Assembly (NCBI GenBank): GCA_008632985.1
Contig: QPGO01000059.1
Coordinates: 186,001 to 250,000, forward strand
Direction of reading: 5' to 3'
DNA length: 64,000 nucleotides
Source: Psammoneis japonica
Taxonomy: Eukaryota
Below the pieces are notes generated by a model. The model had not been told where the DNA came from and searched no databases. It saw only the letters and a program-made list of their open reading frames with translations. The number at the start of each line of letters is the position of its first letter. Position 1 is the stretch's first letter. A program made the translations under genes and the position numbers. Shown piece after piece: positions 47,539 to 61,630 of this stretch.

Positions 47539-48019
47539 AAGTCTGCATGTCCCTACACAATAATGCAATGCAATAAATTCATATGATAGAGCAGTTTTGA
47601 CGCAACTTCTTTTCATTGTACTATTGCTTCTACTTTTTTTAAAAGTTCATGGTAGTACTGTGTACAGCAACTACTGAACAACTACTTCTACTAATCCACA
47701 CTTTCAGTAGGGCTTAGATTACCGGTAGGTGGAAGCACAACGTATTTCCTACCAATGCCGCCATGAAGTGAACCGGAAGTTTGGCGGGGGAAAAGAGTGG
47801 CGAAAAATGCTCAGAGAGAATCACGCGGGATGATTCGTCTCGCTCGCCAAACGCTGACTTTTAGTCGAGATAGTCAATTTTGTCGGCATCAAGTTTTGAA
47901 CGCCAGCTCGTGCGATATTTTTAGAACAACGGTCAGTATGAGTAACACAAGAGAACCGACACCAACAAACAACCCAAAGACGCAAGCGTTTTGAAGAAAA
48001 CTACGTACTTCTGTCAACC

Positions 48020-51000
48020 ATGATTGGCGTTGAGGCGACATTACGTGCAATCAAGCAGTCCCGCAATGAGAATGGAGGACGATTGCCGCCGGTGACTGCT
48101 TTTCAGCAGCTGCGAAGCGCCGTTGAAACCCAGAGCCCCTGGAACAAGCAACTGACGACACTTGTTGCAGATTTTCTTTTTGACATTCTTTATACTCCTT
48201 CAAACGAGGAGCTATTGGTGCAAGTACTTGAACTGATCAATGTTTCTTTCGGTCGGTGGTCTGATGACTTGCTGCATTCAGCGTGTACCAACCTTGGTGA
48301 CGATAGCAACTGCAGTTTTGTTGATGCAGTGTACCGCATCGTGATGTCTCATGGCAGCAACAGCCGTATTGGAGGTCACTGTATTCTGATTTTGTCTAGA
48401 TGGCTTCAAACAAAGGGGAGAATTGAATGGTATACTACGATCAGCAATTCAACTGAGAACCTTTCACCTGCTTGGGTGCCACGCAGGACAGAGCTGGAGC
48501 AAACGGCGTTGATCGCAAAGAATCTATTCATGAGGTATGTGAAAGTATTGAAAAGTTCTTGTATTTTAGGTATTTTTGTCTCACCTTTTATATTTCTTGA
48601 CGATAGTCCAACCAATAAAATTTCGTCGCCGTCTCATTTATCATCGACAATTCAGTATGAGATTCGAGTCGCGTCCATTCAATTTCTGGCGAATATGCTG
48701 AAGCAGAATGTTTCGGGCTGGCTTCATCGATCGCTCTCTGAACAGTCGTCTACAGACACGTTTCAGGACTTCTGTAATCGCTTGATGGTAGAATCGTCCA
48801 AGTTAAATGATTCTTCCCTTCCGGCTTCGTCGTGTCGATTGGGACTTGCCTGTTTGAGGATGCAATGCCTCATTCATCACCAATATCACGAGCCCCTTCC
48901 TGATCTCGCCAGGCTAATACGTTCAACACCTATTGTAGAGAATATCATAAAGGTTGCATTTCCTACTGAAATGTCAACACCACGAGGCCCGAGATGGACC
49001 TATGAAGCGTGTGATAGCTGTGTTCGAGAATGCTGCCGGGAAGTTATCAAGGTTTGGGGTTTGGCCTGCGAAGGAGAAGCATGGACGTCGTTTTGTCAAG
49101 TGAAGCATTTGTGGCAGACTTTTGCCCATGAAACATGGAAGAACGTTGTTTTGGGCGAAGAAAAGGTTGTGAAGTTTGAAATGTCTCTCCCGTCGCTCTT
49201 ATTACTACAGCGGGTGATCGACAGAGCCACGTTCAGTGATACGCTCACATCATCTCTCTCCCGTTTGGGAAATGGCGAGCCTCCGTATCAACAGCTCCTT
49301 TCGTCTCTGTCGCTATGTCATCATGTAAGAGGATTGGGCATAAATGCCATTAAGAACTCTACCATTTCGTGAGACTCACACGTTTGCGTTTGTTCAGGAG
49401 AGCTTTGTTATTTCAGCATCATCACTTGCTATCTTTGGCGGATTGTTATGTGATCGGCCGAATTCCCCATTCAAGGATGAGCTATCGCAAAAGTTATGGA
49501 AGACTGTAGAAGACACAGAGAGCGATTGCTACGTGGAGATATTTTTGGAACTACTCGGCAAATTATATTCAGAAGACAGGTGCGAATCCCAGCTGCTATG
49601 CATATGCAACATCGTACAATCCCTGGCTGCATCAACAGCTTGCTGCTGTGGGTTCTTGGCCCGAAACTCCGCAGATACATTATTATCGTGTCTAGGCAGA
49701 TTCTTATCATCCGGCAACAATGACGCGACGTCATCACAGAACCCAAGCCAGGCGTCCGTATTCGAAGAGGACACTCCCAAAATGGGGAATCTGGAGAATG
49801 AGAAAACGTTCTTCAGCGTGGTAAAGTCGCATGATAAGCACTTTTCAGAGCTCAACGGGGCTATTCAGATCTCAGTTGCCACGATTCTAGCGCGCCTGGG
49901 GTGGTGCACTGTAGACCCATCCAGTGAGCATTTGTCGCTACTCCAAGGCAATATTCGAACTGCAGTGACAGAGTGTGTCCTAGAACTATCATCGTGCATC
50001 AGCCGGCAGGAGATCTCGCATAATCAAATGAGAAGATTCGTTACTCTCGGGTGGTTTCTTGCTTCCTGCAGTCAAGATATGGAGGGGCTGGTCTCATCCG
50101 TTCTGGTAGCCTCAGAGGTAAACCGCGCACAAGAAACGCAGAGGCAGCGCGAGGAGTTGTCAACATGTCAGAGAGAGTTGGCGGCGATGACTGAAAAAGC
50201 AAGCAGACTAGAAGAAGAGCGAAATGATTGCTTGGACGAGTTAACATCGCAGCGGCTCCTAAACGAAAAAGAACTCAATCGGGTCCGTATAAAAGTCTCG
50301 AACGATGCGTCGAGGGTGGTTCAGATGCACGCCGCTGAACGTTCGAAAGCGCACGACCACGCTTCTGAATGTATGCGCCGATTGGCAGAGGCGGAGAAGA
50401 AACAGAGAGAAGCCGAGAACGCTGTAGAAGCATCCCAGGCCTGTCAAGACCTAATGCGGTCTGAGCTATCCGAAGCAACCGAAAAGGCGGTTGCACTTCA
50501 AAGTGAATTGGACGTACAGAAATGCAGAGTGAGCGAAATCGAAACCCAAAGCCTCCAGTCATCTCGCGATTTGAAGCTCGCCACAGAAGAAAACAACAAA
50601 GTGAAGGAAATGCTCCAGCAGAAAGAGCAAGAAGTTGCCAATGCATCGTGCGCTGTTTCCAAGGCGCAGAGTACATCTAAGATATCAATCACGACCTTGA
50701 AGAGACGTACTCAAACTTGGTGGCGTTGGTTCGTGTATACGAGGACAAAGAGAAAGAGGCAGAAACTATAAAGCAAGAACATGAAAAGGCCATGTCCAAG
50801 GTAATGAAGAAACTCCAATCTGAAAAGAGTCGAAACGGAATGCTGGAGGACAGCGAAGATCGTCTTCAGCGAGAGAATGATCGCTTACTCAAGAAGCTTG
50901 GGAGAGCCAAGGAGAAGCTCGAGGAGGAACGCCGGGACCGCTACGAAGAATCGGAGAGAAGGAAGCGAAGCGGTCCCGTCTCATACATTAACCAGCTTCA

Positions 51001-51124
51001 CGACGAGTCCATGGAGAGAGACAGAAGTAGAAGAAAGAACAGATCAGCCTATGCCGGGAAGGAAAATTCGTACCAGGAGTCGTCAATGTCGTCGTCTTCA
51101 CGAAGACGAAAGCATTTATATTGA
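48020..51124 (+). CDS. Large protein with helical N-terminus and C-terminal coiled coil; probable introns 48535-48606 and 49325-49397, apparent frameshift near 50675
   Basis: Three consecutive long ORFs joined by GT-AG introns; heptad-rich E/K/R/Q tail. Confidence 0.65.
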
Positions 51125-51157
51125 TAAGGAATTACTCTAGGGCCTAGCCGTTAAGAT

Positions 51158-53002
51158 TCACAGTCTAAGCTGTCTTCTTTCCAGGAACGACAGATGCTCG
51201 GGATTGTTTGCTTCTCCCTCGTACTCATCTTGTTTTCCTGCCAGAGTCATGCGCCACTTTCGATCAATCTCGTACAGATCCAACGTTGTTGTATCCGGTA
51301 ATGTTAAAAAGGTCAGGATACACGCCACAAAACTAGCGTAGCCACTCCAAAAAAAAAGGCATCTGGCGTCTTGGACATGTGAAAACACCACGGCCGCCAA
51401 GAGAGCTCCCGCCTTGCCACATGCTGCGGCAATTCCGTGACACATGGTTCTCATCTCGGTGGGAAATACTTCGGCAGGAATCAAAAAGGTCGTTGCATTC
51501 GGTCCGACTTGTCCAAAAAAGGAGCTACCCAAATAAAAGCAAACCAACCAACCGGAGGATAGCGTCTCATGAAAGAATCCGCAACAACAAAATAGAAAAC
51601 CCGTCAAGAGGAATCCGTATAGCTGCAATCTGACACGTCCCACTCGCGGATGATCCAGCAAGACGGCCGCACAGAGGTACCCCAAGAGAGCTACAAAGGC
51701 ATTCAAGGCCAAGGCTGCACTCAATTCCAAGAGCGTCGTTTCATTTCCCGTGAGGGCCAACAAAAAGTCAGACTGAAACAACTTGTTTCCATAAAAGGCG
51801 ATATCCCAAAGCAGCCACGACATGCTTGTGCCAAAAAGTCTCCAACCATAATTTCGAAAAAGTAGCATGGTAGCTATGAGCAACAAAAGGGTAGCTTACA
51901 GTGAGAACATGTAAGGTATGGACGCTATGGCATTACCAATGTACAACTCACGTGATTCCAAAAGATCTTTGTTGATTGTGCCAAGTTGAAGATTGGAGTA
52001 GTCGAACCATGATTGCTCCGGTGTTTCAGCACATGTATCCGACTTGGCATCTCGATTCAATCGTTCACGCCGTTCCTTGTCGTCTTTCCACACCTGGCTT
52101 TCCGTCAAGTGTTGAATCCGACTCACCAGAACAAAGGCGATAATCATTGCTCCAACGGCATATGTCACTCTCCATACACTTAGTAGTGTGGAGGATGAGT
52201 AGAAATCATCATTTGTATTACCAAAGACATTGGCAAGCCACAACAGCACCGTAAGGGAAATTGTATTTGCAAAGATACCAAGTCCTTGCATTGTGAATAC
52301 CAACTGCACTCGTTTGCCTCGTCCAAACTGTTCGTCTTCAACAACAACTTCTTCTGATCCCAATTCTTGTAACGATTGTTGTTTATTATCCATAGATTGA
52401 CTTATTTCGCTCGAGACTTGTACTTGTCTTCCTTGCTCTTCTTCTCGTTTCAATTCCAAGGCCATTTTTCGTTTCATGACACCCATGGCTCGTTCACTCG
52501 CCGACGATGCGGACAGAGGATATTCACCACCGACACCAATTCCAAACACAAACAGCAAGCAACTCATAGACACGACAAGTAGCGGTGCATTATTGGTCAT
52601 GACGAGAGAAACAAACAAGAGTCCGCAAGCTCCAAAGCTCATAAAGGAGGCAGTCGTGATGCTCCCACATCGACGTCCGAGCGTGTTGGCAAGCGTACCG
52701 ACTGCCAGCATACCAAAAATGACACCCAACACCACACTAAACGATAGGGACTTGAGTAAAGTAGAGGAACATGTTTCCTCCATCACAAAGCACTCTGGAT
52801 AAAGATAATCCCAAATCGGACGAAGCGTGCCAATGGAGAATAGCATGTACGATTCTCCAAACAATCCCATGCCGGGCCACGCACTTTCGTTCCACCATTG
52901 TTTCAAAAAGGAACATTTTGATGTTCTATTACTATCATGCGTATTCAATAAGGGGTCTGAACGGCCATTGTCCTTGCTGGTTTGTAGTTCTAGCGGCCGC
53001 AT
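51158..53002 (-). CDS. MFS inorganic phosphate:H+ symporter (Pho84/PHT1-like); intron 51874-51951
   Basis: GMGLFGESY, GIGVGGEYPLSA, VFTMQGLG, SWLLWDIAFYGNKLFQ and GPNATTFLIPAEVFPT. Confidence 0.9.
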
Positions 53003-53195
53003 CTTGTGTCATTGTGTTATCGCAAAAGAAGAAAAAATGAGAGAAACGATCGACGAAATTGAAAATGATTATCTTCATGAGGGGATACAATTTCATGATA
53101 GTTACATCCTAATGAATGAATGTTGATTCAGAAATATCGTCTGTTCATTTCTCGGCGACTGTGCTCCAGGTCAATTCAATCAGTCCATCCGTCCG

Positions 53196-54157
53196 TCAAC
53201 CAATCACGGGCGCGGTCTCTCCGATTGAGGGAGTCACGAATTGACAGTACATCTTGCTGCAACTCACAAGTTTTGATGAAAAAATGACCACTTGAACGTT
53301 TGAACAATCCCTTACCGCAAAAAGACTAATACAAACGGTGGATGTAGCGCTCTGAGAATGGCACGACGCAGCGTGCATGCTGAAGAGCCAGTTTTTTGCC
53401 CGCGAAAACCCAAAGTTCATCAGAGTTGATTTTTCCATGCGGCATTTCATCGTCTCTTTGGAATGTACTCTAGGTACTGTACAGACTGAGAATCCAAGTG
53501 ATTGAAAGGCGTGATACCTTGAATTGCTTGACGATGAGAGACACTTGCGCATGATGAAATCCCCAGCCAACCCCCAAGGTTTGGATTCAAGCTGATGAAG
53601 AGCTTCTTGCCGGTAGTGTTGCATTTCGACCCGGAAAGCAGATGGTGAACTGAAAGTTCTTTTGTTCATCAAATCTAGTTTTGTTTAAATGATACGAAAC
53701 GAAAAAATTAACTTTGCTCCAATGCATTCTCGGCTCGAGCTTCTGCGACCATACGAGGCACATCCAATTTGTTGTCTTGCACAAGGCGAGAGAGCTCGTT
53801 GGCTGTTGCGGATAAGACTTGCAAAAAGTGTAGCGTATCAATATCGTCATTATTCTCCTGCTGCAGAATGCGATCGCAAGTACGCATGACACAAGGACTC
53901 ACACCCGGCCCCACAGGCAATTGTTGTAACCACTCAATGTCGTCGGGTAGTGATGTTGCATCGTACACCTGAATGTCTTCTCGAGACGGAACCCCCTCAT
54001 AGGACGTTAGTTTGATAATTTGGTCCGCTACAGCAATGGCCTTGGGATCTACAAAGCACGCGAGCAGCTTTTTGGTGGAGATTTTGCCGAAGTTTCGGAA
54101 GCACGTGTAGAATGCCCGCTTCAGCGAAGCATCCATCTTGAGGTACAGCCCGCTCAT
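53196..54157 (-). pseudogene. Fragmented ORFs of unknown function
   Basis: 149-aa and 158-aa same-strand ORFs with protein-like composition, interrupted near 53700. Confidence 0.3.
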
Positions 54158-54459
54158 TTCGTTACAAATCGGTATAAGTTGAGGAGAAAGTAATAGGAAC
54201 AGATCGACAGCATAAGAATTAGCCCCGATGGTGATTAACGCAACGCAGTCGAAACAAAAGCCGACAACATCGTCGATTATTTATGTACAGGTTAGTGAGT
54301 GTAAGCGAGTCGCGATCACGAGTCATCGGCAGTCACGATTGGCGGCTGGCGGACCACATCGCAATCTGCGGACCAACACGCGCACTTGAAAGTAAGCCGA
54401 ATCATCTACTAAAAATGTAAACTATTACACCACAGGCACTTGAAAGAGAGAGAGGAGAC

Positions 54460-55500
54460 TCAGCGTTTTTTGTCGCTCATGGCGCAAGCATTCAATAATT
54501 CCGTGGAGTACTTGAGTGATTCCTGAATTTTGGAATAACCCTCAGAATCCATGACGGCCTTTTTGTTGTCCAGAAAGACCTGCACTGCAGCATCCTTGAG
54601 CGTGGTGCAGTCCAAACGATCCGCCTCTACAAAGAGATCAGCGGCAACATCTGCCGCAACGCCCGATGCAATGATTTCTGCCTCCGCCAAAGCCTTGAGA
54701 GCCAGGATTTCAAACCGGTTTGCAACTTCGATAATGCCAATGGCACGCGATTTGAGATCCATGGTGTCTGGAAGGGTATCAGAATAGATAAAATGTAACA
54801 TAGCCTCGAATAAGCTTGGGTCAACACCATCAATTTGGACGACCTCGTTTTTCTGTGCGTCCTCGGCAAAGTTCGCGAGGAGAGGAGCGCGGACTTCCAG
54901 AACACACAAATGGGCTTGAAATGTTTGATCCCCGACTTTGAACGTAACGTCCGAGCGACTTCCATTTTGAAGCATTTTTAGCAGATCAAGATGAAGCGAC
55001 TTTTCGGGAAGTTGGGCTTTCGGCGGCACTTCGTACTCTCTGATTTTCTGGTGCACCTGAATGTCGACTTTCACCTCAAGTGCTCCATCCATAAGAAACG
55101 AGTGATTGCAGTCGAGTACTTCCTCTCGGGACTCAAAATTGTCCAAACAGAAAGAGGGAAAGCTTCTCGAAAAAGTATGGTCGATCGGTTCGAGCGCCCA
55201 TTCACCGAATCGAAACCCGCACCTAGCTTTCACATGGGTTGCATCGGATGTCCTTCGCATAATCAAATAAAGAGTCACGTTCTCATCGACCTCGTCATCA
55301 GAATATGAAGTCCTGCCCGGGTGAAGTTCCAATTGCCACCAATACCCATAGCATTTGAACTCCGGAGAACCGGTGGTTTCGTCACAGTTCTCGAAATCGC
55401 GGAAACGACAAACAATCGTGTGCTTCTCTGACAGCGTCGTTCCGCCGTCAACTACTCCAACAATTTTGTCTTCTATCTCGACCTTGCGCTTCTTTGGCAT
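54460..55500 (-). CDS. MATH-BTB/POZ (SPOP-like) protein
   Basis: SPEFKCYGYWWQLELHPG (MATH) and SDVTFKVGDQTFQAHLCVLEVRAPLL...FEAMLHFIYSD (BTB). Confidence 0.9.
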   Translation of the reverse strand: MPKKRKVEIEDKIVGVVDGGTTLSEKHTIVCRFRDFENCDETTGSPEFKCYGYWWQLELHPGRTSYSDDEVDENVTLYLIMRRTSDATHVKARCGFRFGEWALEPIDHTFSRSFPSFCLDNFESREEVLDCNHSFLMDGALEVKVDIQVHQKIREYEVPPKAQLPEKSLHLDLLKMLQNGSRSDVTFKVGDQTFQAHLCVLEVRAPLLANFAEDAQKNEVVQIDGVDPSLFEAMLHFIYSDTLPDTMDLKSRAIGIIEVANRFEILALKALAEAEIIASGVAADVAADLFVEADRLDCTTLKDAAVQVFLDNKKAVMDSEGYSKIQESLKYSTELLNACAMSDKKR

Positions 55501-58500
55501 TTTCTAAGAGTACTCCTATCTTTATTGTGTCGACCTTCTAAACTGTTATCTGGTAGGGCCCTATGTATGGATATGGCAACAGCGACGACGCGAACGCGAA
55601 CGCGAACACCCTGGGCCCATGCGCGCTGGCTGCGCACGTTTGTTTCGCTCGCTGCTATGAGACCCAGGCCTTAAGTAACTTCAAACTGGCATGGCCGGCG
55701 CGCTCCGGATGAGCGTACAGACCATCCCCGTGGTGACAACATAACACGGAGAAATTGTCAAAAACCAGCCGGAGCCGACGATGACATTGACGCGGTAGAT
55801 AAGGTGTCTAAACATTCGTCGTTTCTTGGACCATTACAACAGAAGCTCTATTAGACCCTCATTGATATACAGTTGTAATCATCCATTCGGAGAGGTACAT
55901 TTTGGCGAGAAATGTTGAAACATGCCGTTTCGCTTTGTCTTGACGCCATGTTGCATGCAGACGACGCATCAACTCACCATTTGCCGGATTTTCGGCACCC
56001 ACTGAGTTAAAGTCCGAGTTTATAAAAAGGCAAGTAAATAAAAAGTCAAAATTGTGTTACCAATATGTCCAAGGCTCACCACTTGTTGTCTCACTCAACT
56101 TTCTTGCCGCCGCAGCCAATTCTTGTTGTCTTTCCTAGCATGAGCACATGAACGAATCCAACGTCGTCGTCATATCATCTATCCCATTTGATCAATGGTA
56201 TTGAACAGACGAATATTTATAAGACTTTGATAAAGCAACTATAATGCATTCAGCCAAGCATTCTTGAATGGGAGAGAGTCGGGCGAATTGGAGTGAAAAT
56301 GAAGAATGATGCTGGCGTACGGTTCAACAAAAAAGCAGTCAAACAACGTTGACAAAATTATTCTGATGATGTTATTCTATAGGATGATAAATATTAGTGA
56401 ATAGAGCTCCTCCCTGGCTTGTATCTACTCTAGATTGATCGCAAAGACACAAATGTCAAATGTGAAAACAGAAGTGTGTTGCTTGTGTTGAGTTTTTATG
56501 GACTACTTGGCCTATCTATAGCATGAAAGAGGTCAAATATAGTTGTCACGAGGCCAGCCATGGATTAGAGAATAGAATATAGCCATGAAATAGGTCTTGT
56601 GTTGATGTTATCATCTAATCTCGGTGTCGAGAAAGGATCAATTTCCCTTCACGTACGGTGAGTCACGTGTCTTGAATCCCGCATGACCCACTCGACTCGA
56701 ATTTTTTGGAAGAATTAGCTAGACTTTGACCCCCGCTAGAGCCACAAAATACAAAAGATATGAGCATCATCGGTCTCATACTCTTTAAACCGATGTCTTG
56801 CGAGAATGTAATAGGTATGTATTGTTCATGGTATCTGGCATTTCAAAATAGAACTAACTTTTCGTGGAGCACCTTCATTGCACGGGCAAGTGCGAGAGTC
56901 AACATTCAGTGATTGGCAAACAACTAACGTCCACCCCCATTCTAGGCCCCCAAAAGGGTGCTGAACTACGTATCTGTATACTGTTAGTCGATCGAGGTGG
57001 GTATTTGGTTAAAAACGGGGGGTTAATTTTTACACGTGGCATCATGGAGCTGGGACGGAAAGCTGCGGCATCCGATGCATGATGACCCACTCTGTGCCAA
57101 CGTGATCGATGCATCTTCTCATCCAGCGGGCATTTTTTCGCCTGGTGTGGGCAGAAGGTTTTGATTGACTCGACTCGAGCGAAGCAAGAGTCGGCTCGCA
57201 AAAGCAACCCAGCCAGATGTTAAAGTGGGGAGACCTGACACTCTGCACAAAAACACCCATGACCAAAGGCAAGGCAGCTGCACACAAGGACAAGGAACAA
57301 CATGTGAGACAAAGTGCAACATGCAGACAAGGGCTTGTGCAGAAACAGATTGTGTGGCCACTTCACCAGTGGCTGCAAGAGGCACAGAGCAAGAAGAAGA
57401 AAAGCCAGAGGGGGGCACAAGAGCCACACACACAGAGGAGAGTGGTGGTGTGTGCTTTGCCTTGAAGAACCTGGTGGAAGAGGCAAAGAAAATGCCAGAA
57501 GGGGGAAATTGTGAGACTGCTTTGGCGAAGCTGAGATCTGCCTCACAAAGAACTGTTTCGGTGCACAGCAGTCGATGGCACACCATGAGAGAAGTCAAGA
57601 AGCCACGCACACAGACAAAAAGAAGCAAGTCAACTTGGCACAGCAGCCTTGGCCAGGGTGGTGGCTCAACAATGCATGCAGTCACCTGCAAGGCGCCAAG
57701 TGACACAGAAAAGCAACTTGGATTTGAAAGTGGGGCAAGCTGATGATTTTTCACAAGCATGGCCATCCAAAGGCCAGCTGCGCCAAAGGACAAGGAACAA
57801 TTTGTGGGGCAAAGTGTGGTGTGCAGACAAAAGAAGTTTGTGCAGAAGCAGCGTGTCCAGTTGCTGTGCTGATGGCTGCAAGAGGCAGAGCAAAAGAAGC
57901 CAGGGTGGCACTGTGCACCAGCTCCCACAGAGAGCCCCCCTGTGTCTTTTGAAGAAACACAGGCAGCAGAGGGGATGAACAAGGTGCCAAAAGGGAAAAT
58001 TGTGAGGCTGCTTTGGGTGCCAAAAGCAAGAAGTTGAGATGCTCTGCAGTGCAACTCAGCAAGAGCTCATTGCCACCCCAATGGGCCAGCCAAGCGTGTG
58101 TTGTCCATGACCAAGCAGCACCCTGCAAAGTGTTTTCAGCCCCACTTTTTGGGGTGTGGCCCAGGTTGTTGTTGAGAGCTGCCTCACAAAAAACTGCTTC
58201 AGCGCTTGTTGCTGAATCTCCAAGCACATGAAAGCACTGAAGTTTGCCAAAGATGCCATTGAGAGAGTGCAAGCATGATTTGCAGCTTTGGCACAGAGCT
58301 CCCAGCACAATGCTTTTCGGAGAGGCACCAAGATCATGAACAAGAGCAGCAGCAGCAGCAGCAGCAGCAGAAATCAGCTCTGTGTGTTGGAGCAGCAGCA
58401 AGCAGCCAGAGCAACAAAAAAAAGAAAAGATGAAAAGAGCAGAAGTTCACAGCAGGCAAGCAGCATCCTCTGAGGTGGCCAGAAACGATCTCCAGTGCGT

Positions 58501-59518
58501 GCCGTGGGGAGCACAAGACAGGCAGCATCAGAAGCAGGGAGAGAAAACAAAGGCTTGCTTTTGTGAGGATGGCATGACGAGCATGGTCAAGAAGCCACAC
58601 ACAGAGAAGCAAGAAGCCAACTTTGTGCAGCCTTGCAGCTTTGGTGCCAGGCGGCGGCTCAACAGTGCACATCATCATGCACGGCTGCTCTGCTCTTGCA
58701 AGGCACCAAGAAGAGCAGCAGCGGTGCTGGCCAGCTCCCATCTGCAAGACCTTGGTCTCTTGCATTGCCAACTTAGAGCACTTTGTGGCAGAGTTGAAAA
58801 TCAAAATGCTTTGATCAGTGTGTGCAGCATGGTGGCAGGAAGGAAGTGGGCAAAAGAAGATGAGCTGCTTGGGGTGGGCGAGGAGACAAGCTGAAACAGC
58901 GGGGCAAGCAACAGCTGACAACAGCAATTCTTTGTGCTCACAATGCCTTCACTTCACATTTTCTGTGTTCACTGCCCTGGTTGCTTGCGTTAGACTGGTG
59001 ACATTTGTGCCACAAGACAGTCATTCCGTGCGCGCTTCACAATGGCGGTTTAAAGCTGTGTTTGACTGACTTGATTAAAATGACAAAGGGGCAATGTGTG
59101 ATGACTCTTAAAACTGCCCTGTTTGGCAAGTGACAAATTCGCCTTCATGTGCGGCATGACCTTGAAAACAGCGCGGGAACAGTGTGCGACGAATGGTCAG
59201 TGGCCGTTTCCACCTGCAGTGCAGCTGCAAAAAACTGACTGTGCCACCACAAATGGAGGTCAAAATGAACAACACTGCACCAATCCTCATCACATTGATG
59301 CACAAATGGATCCTGAGCAGCTTTGTTGCTGCAGTCCATGGATCCATTGACTTGGCTCCTCATGGCTCTCCTCTGTTTCTCCAGTGCCTCTCATTGAACT
59401 CTTCTTGCTTTTGAAAATTTCAACTGGTTTCTCCTTGTTGCACTGACCACAAGTGAAGACAACATGGTCAACAGACATGATGGAGCACATTTTTCTGTCT
59501 TCGGAGGCTTCTTTGGTG

Positions 59519-59914
59519 GACGCGTTCCAGCTCTGGGTGGGACCTCGTGCTGCTGAAGTGTGGCATCAACAGTTTTTTGGATCGCGCTGCATGTCACACA
59601 TGCAGATGGCCAAGTGTGACATTCTACAAAATTGTTTCATGCTCCCTGTTTTGCAAAGCCAAAGCCTTTCTATTTTCAACATTTGTGAGAATGAAAATGT
59701 GCTGGGCATGTTCTTTGTTGTCTGCAGAACATGCCCGGGCAAACTGTTGATGATGTGCCACAAGTGCGTGGGAGGAGATGCGTTCATAAAATTGCCTCTT
59801 TTTCTGTTGGCAATCATTTGCATTTTCATTGCTTGACAAATTGCTGTGCAGCTTGCACGCAGAATTCTGTGGGCTAAATGTCACACGGAGTCCCACCTGG
59901 GGCTGGAGCCGGTC
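59519..59914 (-). mobile_element. 396-bp MITE, copy B (TpA-converted)
   Basis: Reverse-complement homolog of 24271-24666 with the same length and TIRs. Flanks GGTG/GGCG. Confidence 0.9.
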
Positions 59915-61021
59915 GGCGGTGCCATGGCGCATCTTTTGTGTCGTGTCGATGCGATGTGGGGATCCCACGCAGGATTCAGCACCAACTCCACATGTGTGAC
60001 ATGGAGGGCCTTAAATCACAACCATCCTGTCAGCCTTGCTCATTGGACATTTTGGCCCGTGCACCAAAACTCATCGACCATCTGGGTTTGAAAAAGCGGA
60101 ACATTTTTTTTCTGACAAGTTCAATGAGATCTTTCACAAACACACAAAAGTGCAAAATGCACATGCATTGTGTCATCTTCACAGATGCAGTTCTCAGCTG
60201 GGCCTTGAGCTGCACTCTGCTCTGCTTGAGCATTTTACTTTTGCAGCAATTCGTTTGCTTTGAGCCTTGACAAAGTGCATTCAAAGGCACCGACCGCACA
60301 ATGGCGAGTTTGTGTTTCAACCCACTGCGTGTTTGCAAGTGGAGCCAGCACCAGCAACATGGGTGGCATTTTTTTGTTCAGAAACCAAGCCACCACGCAT
60401 TGACACATGATTTTGCCTGTTGCATGTTTCAGCAAAATTTGCTTGAACATGGCAGGTTTCAGCAATTGCTGAAACATGACAGGTTTCAGCAGCAGATCTC
60501 CTGAAACATTCAGCAGGTTTCAGAAATTGCTGAAACATGCATCATTGGTGATGCATGACTCAGATTTTGCTGAAACATGCAGCAAACACAAGACTGAAGT
60601 GCGCTTTTTTATTCATGAGTGCCAACAACACTCACAGCTGAGGTTCGCTCATTTCCATTGAAATCACGTGATGTCACGCATTTCAGCAGATTGCCCGGAT
60701 GGTGCAGTGTGAATTGCTTGTGCCCCAAAACTTCAACTTCAACTTCAACTTTGCCATTTGCTCAGTCACAAGTTGTCAATCCCTTTCCTGCATGGCAAGC
60801 ATGCAGACAAAGCCACGCAGGAATGCTGTGGAATCTTTGAGTCATGCATGCGCTCCTTTTTTTCACTCGATCAACCCAGTCAACAGCAAAGCAACGAGGT
60901 CACTGTGCATGTTTGCAGCAAGTGTCACTTGGTTGCATTTGTGAAGCTCGCAATGACCATTCTTGTGCTCATGAAATCAACCAGTGTTTGATCGCAACAT
61001 GTTGACAAAGACCCCAAGAAG

Positions 61022-61630
61022 CATGGCAAAACCCTCACTGTGGTCCCTTTTGTCACAAACCCCACTGGCAACAATGAGGCCTCCATCAAGCTGCCTCATG
61101 AAGCACCAGACAAGTTTTTTCTTGCAGACAGTGGAGTGGAAATGGTGCTTGTCTTTCATGAGGGCATTGAGTTGCCTCTCTTTTCATCCTCCACCATGGT
61201 GAGAGATGAAAAGGGCAAGGACTGGCTGCACAACTGCTGTTGCATCTGCATGAGTCTCGCTGAGCCAGGAGGCATGGGATTTGTTCTTGACAGCACCACC
61301 TGGTGTTCAAGCAAAGATTGGTGTGACAAGCTGGGATGCTCTCAAGAAGAGCATCTCAAAATCAACAAAGATGCAGTAAATCTGATTGCAGAGGTGGCAT
61401 CAGAGTGTCCTGAGCTGACTGTCATCACGAGTGGCGCGATTGCTGTTGAGGAGAGAACAACTTCCGAGCAGGCCAAAGCATTCCATGCAGCTCAGATTCA
61501 AATTCTCAAGGATGCCAGTGTTCACATGGTTGGAGGATGCACTTTGAATTGTGCCAAAGAAGCCATTGGCATTGTTCTTGCTGCCCGGTGTGCCAGTGTT
61601 CTTTCTGTCATTTCATTCACAGTCAACATG
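61022..61630 (+). pseudogene. Homocysteine S-methyltransferase family pseudogene (truncated, hypermutated)
   Basis: FLADSGVEMVLVFHEGIELPLF...GFVLDSTTW.SSKDW..KLG.S...INKDAV...EAIGIVLAA...VISFTV matches PF02574-type proteins. Confidence 0.8.

Noticed and set aside
55500..56860. RNA gene in the ORF-free interval
   Set aside because: No tRNA, rRNA or snRNA motifs recognised; it looks like ordinary intergenic DNA plus a possible element margin.
57200..58100. Cys-rich zinc-finger repeat gene in the ~500-bp tandem units
   Set aside because: Cys content is unreliable after TA conversion, and no consistent frame or spacing could be established.
60410..60585. CRISPR-like array
   Set aside because: The repeats are degenerate and abutting, with no unique spacers and no cas genes, in a eukaryotic context.
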